DNA of 64,000 nt from Penicillus capitatus (Eukaryota > Plantae > Chlorophyta): the NCBI GenBank assembly GCA_965649825.1, contig OZ287709.1, positions 434,001 through 498,000 of the forward strand, in the 5' to 3' direction. Numbering within the stretch: the stretch's first letter is position 1; the number at the start of each line of letters is the position of its first letter. The translations under genes and the position numbers were made by a program. The notes beneath the pieces were generated by a model. The model did no database searches. It saw nothing but the letters and a program-made list of their open reading frames with translations, and was not told the origin of the DNA. Shown here one piece after another: positions 50,546 to 62,287 of this stretch.

Positions 50546-51802
50546 ATGTCGCGCTCTCTTGTCGCATCTGTTTCTCCGACGGCGCTGTCTTCGCGCCCAA
50601 CGCGACGTCTGCTGCCGAAAAAGACGCGACAGGTCACGCTGTCTGCTCGGTTCGCCAGAGAACGGCCTTTCGAGTGAGCACTCCGATTCTCACCGCCCAC
50701 TCTACCGTTCTCTTTCTCTTCAGCTGGGGAGTCTATCAAAACAGAGCGCGTCCCAAGGGACGTGGAACGAGCAGCGGAAAACAGCCAGAGGATGACAATG
50801 CCGAAGAGACATCCGAAGTGGAACCTGCAGCCGAGGTGACACCGACGGAAGCGGAAGGCAAAGAGATCACATCGTCCGAGGCCTCGGCCAGTAAACAAAC
50901 AACCTACAGATCTGATCACTTGACGCTGTTGAAATGGTGGAGGTGCCCCAAAAGCGAAACCAGCTGCACAGAATCCGTCTCCGTCTCCGCCGCCAGAAGA
51001 AACCGAAGATGCTGAAGAGGAAGATACCGTTGCTCCGTGGGTAGAAGACAGAGCCACCGATATACGCAAGTTCAAATCCTCTCTATTCAGTACTGTGGCA
51101 GGCTACGATCGTGGTTTTGCTGCCGTTGTATGTGTGACGTCACATCTGTCACACTTTTCATGTGATCGGTCTGTAGGCGAAAGACACGGCGCAGATTCGC
51201 CAGATCGTGGAGAGCTTGGAGACACTCAGCGGGTCCATTGACTTGACAGGCGATAGCAAAACGGAGCCCAGTTCCCAGCAACTCTTTGATGGGACATGGA
51301 AGTTGATTTTTTCCTCGGCCTTTAATGCAGGGAGTCGGCGAGTGAGACCATCCCCTTTGGGCTTCTCCCTGGGGCCTGTCTATCAAGTGATTGACATGCA
51401 GAAAAGAGAACTCGACAATGTACTCGAGCTGCTCTTTTTCAATTCTCCTCGCTTTCCCTGGACGCCCTCCAACGCTGTTCCCAAAATCCGCGTTGTTCTG
51501 AAGCATGAGATGAATTTCAGTATGTCCATTGTCAGCGTTGCATTGAAAGAAACCACTCTGCGCGTCCTAGACACGTTAGTTTCTATGCACATGGTCAGAA
51601 AGAGATGCTGAAAGTGTGATGGTGTAGGGGATTTGACATTCCCAAAGTGACACTGCCATCTCTGGCTGCCTTTGTACGCAGCTTAACGCGCCGCCAGAAG
51701 GATGGCGAATTCAGTCTGGTATATCTGGATGAAGATTTGCGGATCACGGAAGGCGATCGCTCTGAGCTACGTATCTTCGTTAAAGTTCCGGATCTGGAGT
51801 AG
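50546..51802 (+). CDS. PAP/fibrillin family plastid protein
   Basis: Transit-like MSRSLVAS...; DRGFAA; DGTWKLIFSS; VYQVID; VYLDEDLRITEGDRSELRIFVK. Confidence 0.85.
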
Positions 51803-52052
51803 TAGATGCTCATTCCGCCTCGCATCTCCATTTCTGGCTGGCAAACCACAAATCGCATGTTGTGATTCTTTGTTTCTTCTTTTTGATGTTACCAACAATA
51901 TCCTTGCATGTGAAATGACCCAAAAATCGAAGCGTTTGAATCTTATGACCCTCAATTTACAGAACAAGAACATGTGCGTCGTCATCGGCGACGACATCCC
52001 TGACGTTTGCCCCACGGTTTGAAATTTTCTTCCGTTTGCATACAAGAGGCCG

Positions 52053-52951
52053 TCAGGAGGGAATCTCCAATCCACTCAACTGCAAAACCTGGTACCATAG
52101 TGAAGCATCGATCCCAGCAGTTCCCTCTGCTACAGAGATAGAAGATATCCTCAAGGACCCTGCAGCGATGCGGAAACGTGCCTTGTGATTTCTGAAGGAT
52201 GATATCTTTGCTGCACGAGAGGATATACCAGCACTTTCGTTCGATTTCTCGCCTCAGTTGATGACGCACCCATTCTACACAGCACACTTCTTCAAAAAGT
52301 GTGACCTCGTGGAGGCTAACTTACTTGAATAACCAACAATGAGTTTGAAATCCTCAGGAGGAATTTGATCGGCCTGTACTTTTGTCTGGGCATCTTCGAA
52401 TCCGCCAGAGTAAACGCCATCGACGATCTTTGCGGATTTATCCAGTTCGCCATGACTGTGCAGAACGTGTAAGGAATTCATTTCCATAGGACCTCCGAAA
52501 TAGATCCGTTCAGTCTGGAACTTCCCGGGATTCCAGCCACGCGTCAAAGCGCCCTCGAGCAGTACACTGGATGGATAGTTTAACACGAGCCCCATCGACT
52601 CCCTCGCGTCATCTATCTCACACGTCACATCACACCTTTGATGCAATACAGCACGATAAGCACGCCTACCGTAAGTCATAAGAAGAATCACGGATCGATG
52701 GAAGAATCCCAGTTGATTGTGACGGCAAACAAGCAGGCATCCTCTTTCTGGCTGCGAGATCTCGTGGGCCCATGACGATGTATCGAAGTCAGAGACAGTC
52801 CTCCCCTGTTCCATCGACACGAGCTTGGCACGAACCGATCGCCAGTCGTCGCTGAGCTAAGTAGGAATTGAAGGTGGATGAGGTGGGAAGGAGAGGATCC
52901 ACACTTCACAGTCTGCAACGTCGTCGTTGTTCGGTTGGCCAACATCACCAT
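52053..52951 (-). CDS. DUF179 (AlgH/YqgE-like) protein
   Basis: DWRSVRAKL, GCLLV, FHRSVILL, GLVLNYP, YFGGP, KLIVGYS, W...QL..EI...CW. Confidence 0.85.
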
Positions 52952-53144
52952 GAGCCTCGAGGGCAAACCAGTACTGAGTCATAGACGTGCGTTTATTCAG
53001 AAGACTGCTGCTTTCTTTGTGCCTTGTGGATCGCCCATGGCGAGACGTTTTGCGTTGAGAAGACGACAGAAGACGACCGGCGTTTTCTGCCGGACTAATT
53101 TTTGACAACATCAAAACGAACACCTCTGCGTCAAATGATTCATC

Positions 53145-54117
53145 ATGTGGCTTTTTGTACTCGGCTGTGCTCTGCTATGGACGAACGCGGCGACGCAGCC
53201 AATGGGATTCGCCAATCAGCCCGAAGAAAAAGCGCCTGTGGTGAAATCCGATTTGAAATTCATTGCCTGTCAAAGCTGCGAAACCCTGATTGGCAAAGCG
53301 GATGAATGGGTCAGAGGCATGAAGCTTGAAGCCAAGCCCGGAAAGAAAGTGCGTCACACTTTGGTGGAAGTGTGATGTGACAGGTCTTGTGTTCGTCAGG
53401 TGACAGAGGCGGATATCTTTGGTTATCTAGAGAAGATGTGTGACCCCGATACGGATGAAGGGGAATGGATTACTATGATCGATCTCGTTGAATCGAATTC
53501 GGAACTTAAACTGGTCGACATGAACATGGTTTCACCATTGATGCTTGATTTGATGCATTTAAGGCTTCCTGTGTGAAGTTTAGGTGGGATTCTGTGGCAC
53601 GGAGTGTCGGACAGTGGCTAGAGCTTGTACGGATTTGATCGAGGAGATCGACTATGATTTGACGGAAGCTCTGTTCAAAGGAGAGAAAGATCAGCCGACG
53701 ATGCAACGACGTTTCTGTCGAGAGTTATCTTCTGTCTGCGCCAAGAAACCACCGAAGCTTCCGGCAGATCGCCCCGAGGGTCCACCATTCGTTGCCATGA
53801 CGGAAGAAGACTACAAAATGGCGAAGATGATGCAGCAGATGAAAGAGATGGGATTAGGAGGGCGCGTTTTCGATCAGGACTCCGCCCAACGGTTCATCGA
53901 CGAGCACTCCGGCGTGGAGGACGAAGATGAAGACGACGACGACACAAAAGAACGCGTAGAGAAGGAAGAGGTGCTTTCCAGACGGCCCTCGTGGTCAGAT
54001 GCTCTTCAATGGGCACAGAAGGAGGTTGGAAAGACACTGACCTCTGGGTTGGAATCGGCTCGGGATTTGTACGATCGATGGACGGAACGATTTCGAAAAG
54101 ATAAGAGAGAACTGTAA
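53145..54117 (+). CDS. Canopy/saposin-like ER protein (DUF3456-like)
   Basis: Signal peptide, ACQSCE...MC...ACTDLIE...FC..LSSVC, acidic tail, C-terminal KREL. Confidence 0.82.
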
Positions 54118-54267
54118 ATTAAGGAAGGGCATGTTGCCATCTCCCAAGGAGCAACAACTGGATTCGTTCATAACTTCAATCTCATCGGTTCATTGAATGG
54201 GATACGGTAGGTATCAGACATTGGAGACCGTCTGAACGCAAACAATACTCAATGCTAAGAATCATCT

Positions 54268-55980
54268 CTAGATTTTGCTTTGGACTGTCTTGAACGAGTC
54301 CACGATGGCATTGGCCAAATGCTCTGCTTTGCTGGAAGGCAGACCTGCCAAAGAGATACGGCCATCCTTTGTCATATAGACGTGATGTTTGTTGGTCATG
54401 TTCTCGACCTAGACAGACACACCAATAGAAGGATAAGTCGAATGGTCGAGAAGGGGGTATGGACCTGAGCAGGGGATAGACCAGTGAAGGAGAACATGCC
54501 GATCTGGGACGTTACAAATGTCCAGTCCTTGTCTGGCATGAGCTTGACGAGATGGTCGTAGAGCACTTTGCGAACATTCATAATACGTCCAGCCATTTGT
54601 TCCATCTCCATTTTCCAAGCATTGAAAAAGTCAGGGTTGCTGACCACTTCCGTAACGATGCGAGCGCCATGCACAGGAGGATTGGAGTAGATGGCACGCG
54701 CCAACTTCTTCAGCTGACTCAAGACACGGGGAGCAACCGCAGTGTCACTCACAACAAAGTTCAGTGCGCCGATGCGCTCAGCATAGAGTCCGAGATTTTT
54801 GGAGTAGGACTGCGCCACAATGACCTCAAGGCCCTTCTCGACGAAGAACCTCGGAGCGTAGGCGTCCTCCTCCAGCGATCCGGTGGCGAATCCCTGGTAG
54901 GCGACGTCGAAGAAAGGCAAGTGGTTCTTCTTCTGACAGAGATCGCAGATCTGAGACCACTGCTCCTTCGTCGGATCGATGCCCGTCGGATTGTGGGCGC
55001 AACCTTGAGGCAGACACACATGCGCACACATCCAATCTGCTGGCGACGTCTACCGTGCAGCAGGATCACCGATCCGTCGGGTGCGGCCTCGATGTCGGCG
55101 ACCATTCCCTCGAAGTCGAGTCCCGTTGTCTTGGGATCGAAGTATCGGTAGGACTTCCACGGCACCCCTGCGTCCGAGAAGATGGACTTGTGGTTTCCCC
55201 ACGTGGGATCGGAGAAGTAGATCGTCGTGTTTGGCATGAAGCGTTGAATGAAGGCTGCGCCCACACGCAAGGATCCGGTGCCCGACAGAGATTGGATCGT
55301 CACAATACGCCCCTACAATCTCACATCATGAGTTACCATCTCTATCCCAGTCCTTTCACCTCATTGAGGACGGGATTGCCATCTCCAAATAGCAAAGAGG
55401 CTGTCGCTTTCTTGAAAGCCGGCAGTCCGTCGATAGGCAGGTACTCTTTGTTCTCGCCCTTTTCCAACATCAGTTGTTCCGCCTATCGGAAATCCAATCG
55501 TCATGTACGTCATCTACCGACGCGTCGCTTACTTTCTTGACGACGTCCAGGACATAGGGCGTGAGCTCTTCCGTGCGGTAGGCGCCGACACCCAAGTTGA
55601 GTCTGTCGGGATGATCGTCGCGCTTGAACGCCTCGGTAACTCCGAGAATCGGGTCCGGCGGCGCTTGCTCAACGGATTCGAGTTTCGATGTCATGGTGAG
55701 TGAAGCGCGAACAGCGAAAGAACGGCGCGAACGGACAGTAGGTCGAACACGTTTTGTCTTCAGAGACAGGCACGCCTGCACGTACACACCACGTTGCCAA
55801 GCGTCACCCGGAATCCGACACGGAAAGATCGTCAAACTCGAATTCAAGAACGTTCCGCAACGTAGCAGCGTCAAGTAGACAAAGGAAAGATGAGAAAAAA
55901 CTGAACGTTGTGCAAACACTTACGCGTTTGTGCTGAGCAGTCGGCGCCGGAATTCGAGTAGCGAGCATGAAAGACGACAT
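54268..55980 (-). CDS. ASP5: Aspartate aminotransferase, plastid type (ASP5-like), catalytically intact
   Basis: Transit peptide; APPDPILG; LGVGAYR; SGTGSL; CAHNPTG; FDVAYQG; [12 protein letters not shown]; DGRISLAG. Confidence 0.95.
54801..55282. repeat. 482-nt segment ~98% identical to 57628-58109 (direct, offset 2827)
   Basis: Manual alignment: no indels, 8 substitutions, intron identical. Confidence 0.95.
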
Positions 55981-56091
55981 CTTTTCAGCGAACCCGACTA
56001 AATGCGATTGAAACCGACGACGGCTTGAGTTTCTGCACGTACCAACAGATTTAACCGCATGTCGAACGCTAGATCAGCGCGTGGAAGACGC

Positions 56092-56789
56092 ATGTTCCAT
56101 GCCCTTTGGCGACGTGGCCGCCGTCCGTCGCACCTTTTTCCTGATCATGTATCGCAATTTTGTTCAAGTTTCGTTCAATGGGGGTTGTGAGTGGAGAGGG
56201 GAAAGACGACTCTGGTCTCGACGGTTCAAGGTTGCCGCGGTGAGGAGTCAGGGTCACCAACTGACCGTATCGACTTTGAAAGGCCGCTCAAAGTACCGCC
56301 TGTCCTGCCAGACTGAAGAAAAGGGCGACAGAATTGACCTCTACGATGCAGCACTGAACTGCGCCAGACGATGTCAGTACAATACTGCCCAATCCCTTTT
56401 CGAGGAGCTGTTAGCAACTGACCCACACCTCTGCAAAGCATGGGTGTCTTATGCCCAAGCATGTCATCATCATCATTGCGCTGATTGAGATGTCGTTGGT
56501 GTAGATGATGCGACGTTGTTTTCAAGATGATGTTCATGAGGCTTATGACTATCCTCGGCGCATTTTGCAGCGCGGTATGCAGATCAATCCTCACAGTGGA
56601 TGTCTAGCACAGGCATGGGGACTGTTGGAGCTTCGGAGAGGCAACAGTCGCGGTGCTGTGAATCTATTGGAGAGATCCGTCATACTCGATCCGTCTTGTT
56701 CGCCTGTGCTTAAGTGGAATCCTGTCCAGAAAGCCAAAGAGAACATAGGACCCAGAAAAAAGAAAGTCGGCAAGAGAATGAAGCAATAG
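56092..56789 (+). CDS. Small HAT/TPR-repeat protein, probably organellar
   Basis: AQSLFEELL..DP...KAWVSYAQ; ILQRG..INP....LAQAWGLLELRRGN...A..LLERSV.LDP; start uncertain. Confidence 0.75.
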
Positions 56790-57082
56790 ACAGACATCGC
56801 AAAGAAAAGCATGTGGTATTAATGGAAGTGATAGGGTGAACGAGATCTGTCGTTTCTTAATGACGCTTTCTAGTTGTAACGGAGAATGAAATGCACAATC
56901 TGAAAAGCAGCAAAGGTGGTGGATAATATGCATGTGAATAAAAAACGGCTTGGAGTGGACAATCAAACACGAAACGCTGATGGATATGAGAACAGAACGA
57001 TTGAGAAAGTGGGAATTTCTTAGACAACATCCCCTCTTCTCGAAAACCGAAGAACGAGGAAAAAACGAAATGAAGTTTATTC

Positions 57083-58852
57083 TCAAGCAGAATTGTAGAC
57101 GATCATCTTATCTTGTACGCATCTGATCGTAGCAACGATGACTTCGGCAACGTGCTCTGTCGCATCCAGAGATAGGGCTGTCAATGTCAGAACACCATCG
57201 GCACCAAAATACACACGGTCTTTATCTTTTAGAAGGCGGACCTAGTGACAACATAGTCTATGGATTGATTAAGTGATGCGTGACACAGCACCTGGAAGGA
57301 AGAAAATCCAATAAACAGGTATATTCCACGCTGAGAGGACAAGTATGACCAATCCCGATTTGGCATCAATCGCCAAAGGTGATAGCAGATTTTTTCACGG
57401 ACATTTCGGATGCGTTGATGCATGATTTTCAGAGCAGTCTTCCATTGTGCAAACAATTCAGGGTCATTCATGACCTCTGTGACATGTCGACTACCGTGAA
57501 CAGGAGGAAATGCATACATGGGACGTGTCAAGAGCAACAGCTGGCTCTTTATACGATTGATCACTGCACTGTCGTCCATCACAAAAATCAGTCCTCCAAC
57601 ACAGTCCCTGCCAAGTCCCAGATTCACGGAGTAGGACTGTGCTACAATGACCTCAAGGCCCTTCTCGACGAAGAATCTCGGAGCGTAGGCGTCCTCCTCC
57701 AGCGATCCGGTGGCGAATCCCTGGTAGGCGACGTCGAAGAAAGGCAAGTGGTTCTTCTTCTGACAGAGATCGCAGATCTGAGACCACTGCTCCTTCGTCG
57801 GATCGATGCCCGTCGGATTGTGGGCGCACCCTTGAGGCAGACACACATGCGCACACATCCAATCTGCTGGCGACGTCTACCGTGCAGCAGGATCACCGAT
57901 CCGTCGGGTGCGGCCTCGATGTCGGCGACCATTCCCTCGAAGTCAAGTCCCGTTGTCTTTGGATCGAAGTATCGGTAGGACTTCCACGGCACCCCTGCGT
58001 CCGAGAAGATGGACTTGTGGTTTCCCCACGTGGGATCGGAGAAATAGATCGTCGTGTTTGGCATGAAGCGTTGAATGAAGGCTGCCCCCACACGCAAGGA
58101 TCCGGTGCCAGAGGGTGTTTGTACAGATAAAGCACGTCCCTACATGACATTTTATCATCATCGCTCTCGTTGAATGTGCGCAGTTAAACGACTTTATGCA
58201 ATGCATTCGAATCTTTCCCTAGGACAAGCTCAAGTGTCAGTCTGTTGAATAGAGGAGAACCGTCGAGCTGAGTGTATTCTTTGTCAAGTCCCTTCTTGAA
58301 GATTCTATCATCCGTTCTCTGCGCGAATCGTAGAGAGGCAATGTCAATTGCTGCAAGAAACAACGAAGGCACAACTCGGTGCAAGACGTTCATTTCGCGT
58401 GGTAGCGATTGTTGAGTATGCGTGTCTTCATCAGCTACGACTCCTCGCTTTGCTATATCCTCCCCGTTTGTGTCCAGGGCCCTTCCTATATTCGATGTCG
58501 GCCGAATAAACATTGCAAAGTAAGAGTCGGTCGGGGAAAACGTCGACTTCGTCGCATCGCTGTCCCATCAAAGACAAAAATATTGAAGAGACGAACGCGT
58601 TCAACTGACAGTCAAATTGACGAGCAATGCGCTCATCTGATAGAATAGCCAACTATGCGCGTTGTTTGCAATGTGTCTGAAAGAGTCCGCGCAGGCAAGA
58701 CCCTCAGCGGTTTGTTTGATCCCACTTCTGCCACCAGGGCAATATCTCCCTCTCGTCTCTTCTTGAGTCGAGAGGGAGAAGATAACGTAGTAACATGAAT
58801 AACAAGCATCCACGATAAGACCATCATCCATCTCGCCAGAGGATTGCCTCAT
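57083..58852 (-). CDS. Divergent AspAT paralogue lacking the PLP lysine (putative pseudoenzyme)
   Basis: SYSVNLGLGRDC replaces [12 protein letters not shown]; DGVLTLTA replaces DGRISLAG; four intron positions match ASP5; frame open from ~58513 to TGA at 57085-57083; N-terminal exons unresolved. Confidence 0.85.
57628..58109. repeat. Second copy of the 482-nt near-identical AspAT segment
   Basis: See 54801-55282. Confidence 0.95.
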
Positions 58853-59177
58853 CCGCTCTTTTCGTTCGGACAGTTACGCATCTGTCCCTTTCTTTTCTAT
58901 TTCTGATATTGTCTGCTCAGACATGATCGAGCTTGGTGCCACAATAAGAAAACAGTAGTGCAAGAGTTCGAGTCCTACGCAAAAGTCTGGATCTTATTAA
59001 TCCATAGGCGGTGTTCAAAGAGAGATAACGTCTTCTGTCATTCCTTCAGGACGTCATGTTCAATAAGAAGACAGTCAATGTCGCTGACGCTGACGGCGCC
59101 GTAAACGACGACTCGAAACTCTCATGTCGATGTGACGCTTCTCCAAAAGCTGCTGGACATTTGATACCCGATCGGTC

Positions 59178-60290
59178 ATGAATGAAGTGCATATGCCGTT
59201 GTCGATAAAACCTGACAATTGCTGTTGTGTTTGCCATAGTTTGAACAGATTTCATTAATTGGTGCCGGAACATATGGCAAGGTCTTCCGTGCCGTGCGGC
59301 GCGTCGATGGACGTCTCGTTGCGATCAAGAAGGTCAAAACGCGTCGCGATGCCGGCGTCCACAGCACAACAATCCGCGAAATCGGCATCCTAAAACAGCT
59401 CCATCACCCCAACATCGTCAGGCACGCTCTACAGTCAACTAACTCTCTTGACCCCTTGTGGCCCCAGTCTTCTGCAGATCATTCCACAGTCCAAGAGCAT
59501 ACTCATTGTCATGGAACACATGGAATGCGATTTGAGACACTTTATCGCACATCGATCTGCCGCCATTAACGATGTGTTCATCAAAGTAGGGGCCAACAGT
59601 GTAGAACGATGCCCGTGAGGATCTCTTACTGCGCAGAGAGTGATGTTTCAATTGGTCCAAGGATTGGCTTATCTGCATTCCAAACGCATCTTGCATCGAG
59701 ATCTGAAGTCGCAGAACATTCTACTAGATCCCTCTACAGTAGTCGCCAAGATCGCCGATTTTGGACTGGCCAGAACATTCAGTCTGCCATCCAGAGCTTA
59801 CACACATGAAGTTGTGACGCTGTGGTATCGTGCGCCCGAGATACTGATGGGTATGGAGACCTACAGTTGTGCCATTGATGTCTGGTCTCTTGGCTGCATC
59901 TTTGCTGAGCTGACGTCTGGCTGCCCTCCCTTTCGTGGCGATTCCGAGATCGACCAAATGCTGAAAATCTTTGAGGTTCTCGGAACACCGACAGCAGCAG
60001 TTTGGCCTGGCGTCCAGGATTTACCGTTTGACATCGACCAATGTCCACAGTGGCAGGCCAAATCGTTAAGAACGATCATGCATGTGCCAGATCCTCAGGC
60101 ATTGGATCTGCTTGGCAAGATGCTCCATTATGACCCCAGAAAACGCATCTCTGCTGCAGATGCCATTCACCATCCCTTCTTTTCCAATCTTAAGTCTGAT
60201 GTACCAGATCGAACATTACAACCCACAACACTGGCAAATAGAAATCACACATGTTTACCTGGTGTCACACTTTGCTCACACAAGAACTAG
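59178..60290 (+). CDS. CDK1/CDKA-like cyclin-dependent kinase with atypical HSTTIRE helix
   Basis: MNE|FEQISLIGAGTYG, VAIKK, GVHSTTIRE, HRDLKSQN, ADFGLAR, YTHEVVTLWYRAPE, GDSEIDQ. Confidence 0.92.
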
Positions 60291-60298
60291 TCCATATG

Positions 60299-61074
60299 TC
60301 AAACGGGGATGTTGAATTCGAGTAATGCATCGAGTCCCCATCGTGTTACTAAAAGATGGTACATAAAGTTCTTTCCCCATCCTTCTTTCTCTTGAATGGC
60401 TAGGAGTCTCGATCGATGAAGCTCGATACGTTCTTTCGTTGGATCTGCCAGAAACCGACCTAGTTCATGAAAAGAGGCAACATCTCGCACATGGCGTCTC
60501 TTGTGAAACACCCAAGTTGGAAACCGCGTCTCGTGCCAATCGTACCCTAACTCGCCAGCCAGACCAACAAAGTAGCATCTCCATTTTCCAGAATGTGCAT
60601 CGGCGTTAGTGAACGACCATGTTTCATCGAAGATCGCCTAAAATTGCCCGTGGACGGCACAGCATTGAAGGTGCACTTCTTTACTTGAGGTTCGCTGTAT
60701 TCCATAACGACCTGTTCGTCATGCTCGCCCACGCGTAGAATGCTCACGTAGAGATGTGACGTTCCATTGCTATTGGCCCGAATGGACACCCAAAGAGGCC
60801 GGACGGCAAGTCTGCAGTTGTCTTTCACGACCTCCACACGCACAGAGTCGTTGTTCTGAATCCATCGGCGTCCCAATGTCTCGAGCTCTTCGGCGTCGAG
60901 GTTTGGGAAGTCTTCGTCGCGAAAGTGCAGTACTTTGGCACGATCTTTGGCGTTTTGGATGGCATAGTACCATGAAGAGGGAACGATCGAAAACGCAGAA
61001 TTCGCAACAAAACGGCGCTGGGAAGAAAAGCGATGGGCGAAATGCCACGCCCTTCGACCAAAGACGTGACGCAT
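60299..61074 (-). CDS. Hypothetical protein with mitochondrial-presequence-like N-terminus
   Basis: MRHVFGRRAWHFAHRFSSQRRF...; ORF 60547-61473 plus terminal exon 60299-60540; the true start could lie further upstream. Confidence 0.55.
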
Positions 61075-61986
61075 TCGTGTGGTGTAGAGGCCGCGTTGGA
61101 TGTGTCCTGCCAACACGATCATGACGCGACCTATTCTGAAGGCGCTGGGAACGAATTGGAGGTAGCGATGGTTGATTCTTTTGCCGACTGAGAGCCAAAG
61201 GCGCTTTTGTTTTGCACAGACATTTTGAAAGTACCTTTTGCAGACTTTTATTCGAAAAACATCATTTCGGTTATGGTTTGGTGTGAAGATCCTTCTAAAT
61301 CTTAAAAAATCAAACAACGTTGCATCTCCATTTTGAAGTTCTGTCGAATTGTATTTTCGGATCTGTTGTCGTGGAGTCCAGACAGAAGCAATTCGCGCCT
61401 GTCTGTAAAATGGTGTACTTCGCGATAAACCATGCAGTTCGTTGCTTTGATACTTGAATTGTTCTAATAACAACCATTATTCGATGATCCATGGACCACT
61501 GCGACGCGACATGTTGGTTACTTCATTCTCCACGCTGCACGTGCAGCAGGATTTGGGAGAAGGTCCGTCAAGGCAACGACAAACACTGATGGATTACAAA
61601 CGAGGCAGAGTTACTACAGAAAACGTGTTTAAGTATCCAGATGTTGATGTGACCCAGAAGGGGACAGCTGTCCAAAGAGTACAACAGCGATCTAGCAGCT
61701 GTCCCTTGACAAGGTGAACATCGAATTTAATCAATTCTCTCACTCCTTTAGTATGTGTGACCCTCACAATCCAGGTGTGTTTTGTTATGCGAACACATAG
61801 TCTGGAAGGGCGGATGCAAAAGACCATGTCTTTGAGGTCAAAATGCGCGAGATTTCGAATCTTTCGTTAGCGGCGGGGACATAGACAAGGTTCTGAAGGT
61901 GGTGGATGTTTCTGTATCTCGGGCTGAGTACGCATGGATATTTATCCTGACGTTCTTGACCTTCAAAGAAACTGTAGGTCGGCTTT

Positions 61987-62110
61987 GCGGAATTGTGTGA
62001 TTAACTGGGCATCGGTGTGATTCTACACTGAAGCTCTACTGTCCGGGACAACTCTTCCTGGAAACAAAGAGAGTTAACTGTTATGAATCCGTCTTCATTA
62101 TCTTGGCCAC
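61987..62110 (+). repeat. Conserved leader homologous to 15045-15170 (inverted)
   Basis: aactgggcatcg.tgtgattc...aaacaaagagagttaactgttatgaatc.gtcttc shared. Confidence 0.9.
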
Positions 62111-62265
62111 AACGTTTGTCGTTTCGCTGCCCACGAACAACGTTTGTCGTTTCGCTGCCCACGAACAACGTTTGTCGTTTCGCTGCCCACGAACAACGTT
62201 TGTCGTTTCGCTGCCCACGAACAACGTTTGTCGTTTCGCTGCCCACGAACAACGTTTGTCGTTTC
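62111..62265. repeat. Perfect 28-bp minisatellite, 5.5 copies
   Basis: Unit aacgtttgtcgtttcgctgcccacgaac. Confidence 0.99.
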
Positions 62266-62287
62266 TCTCTCGACCAACCGCCACAGC

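Noticed and set aside
60574-61336. Repeated NGDATL peptide (13-nt match) within ORF 60547-61473
   Set aside because: No extended flanking similarity; probably coincidental.
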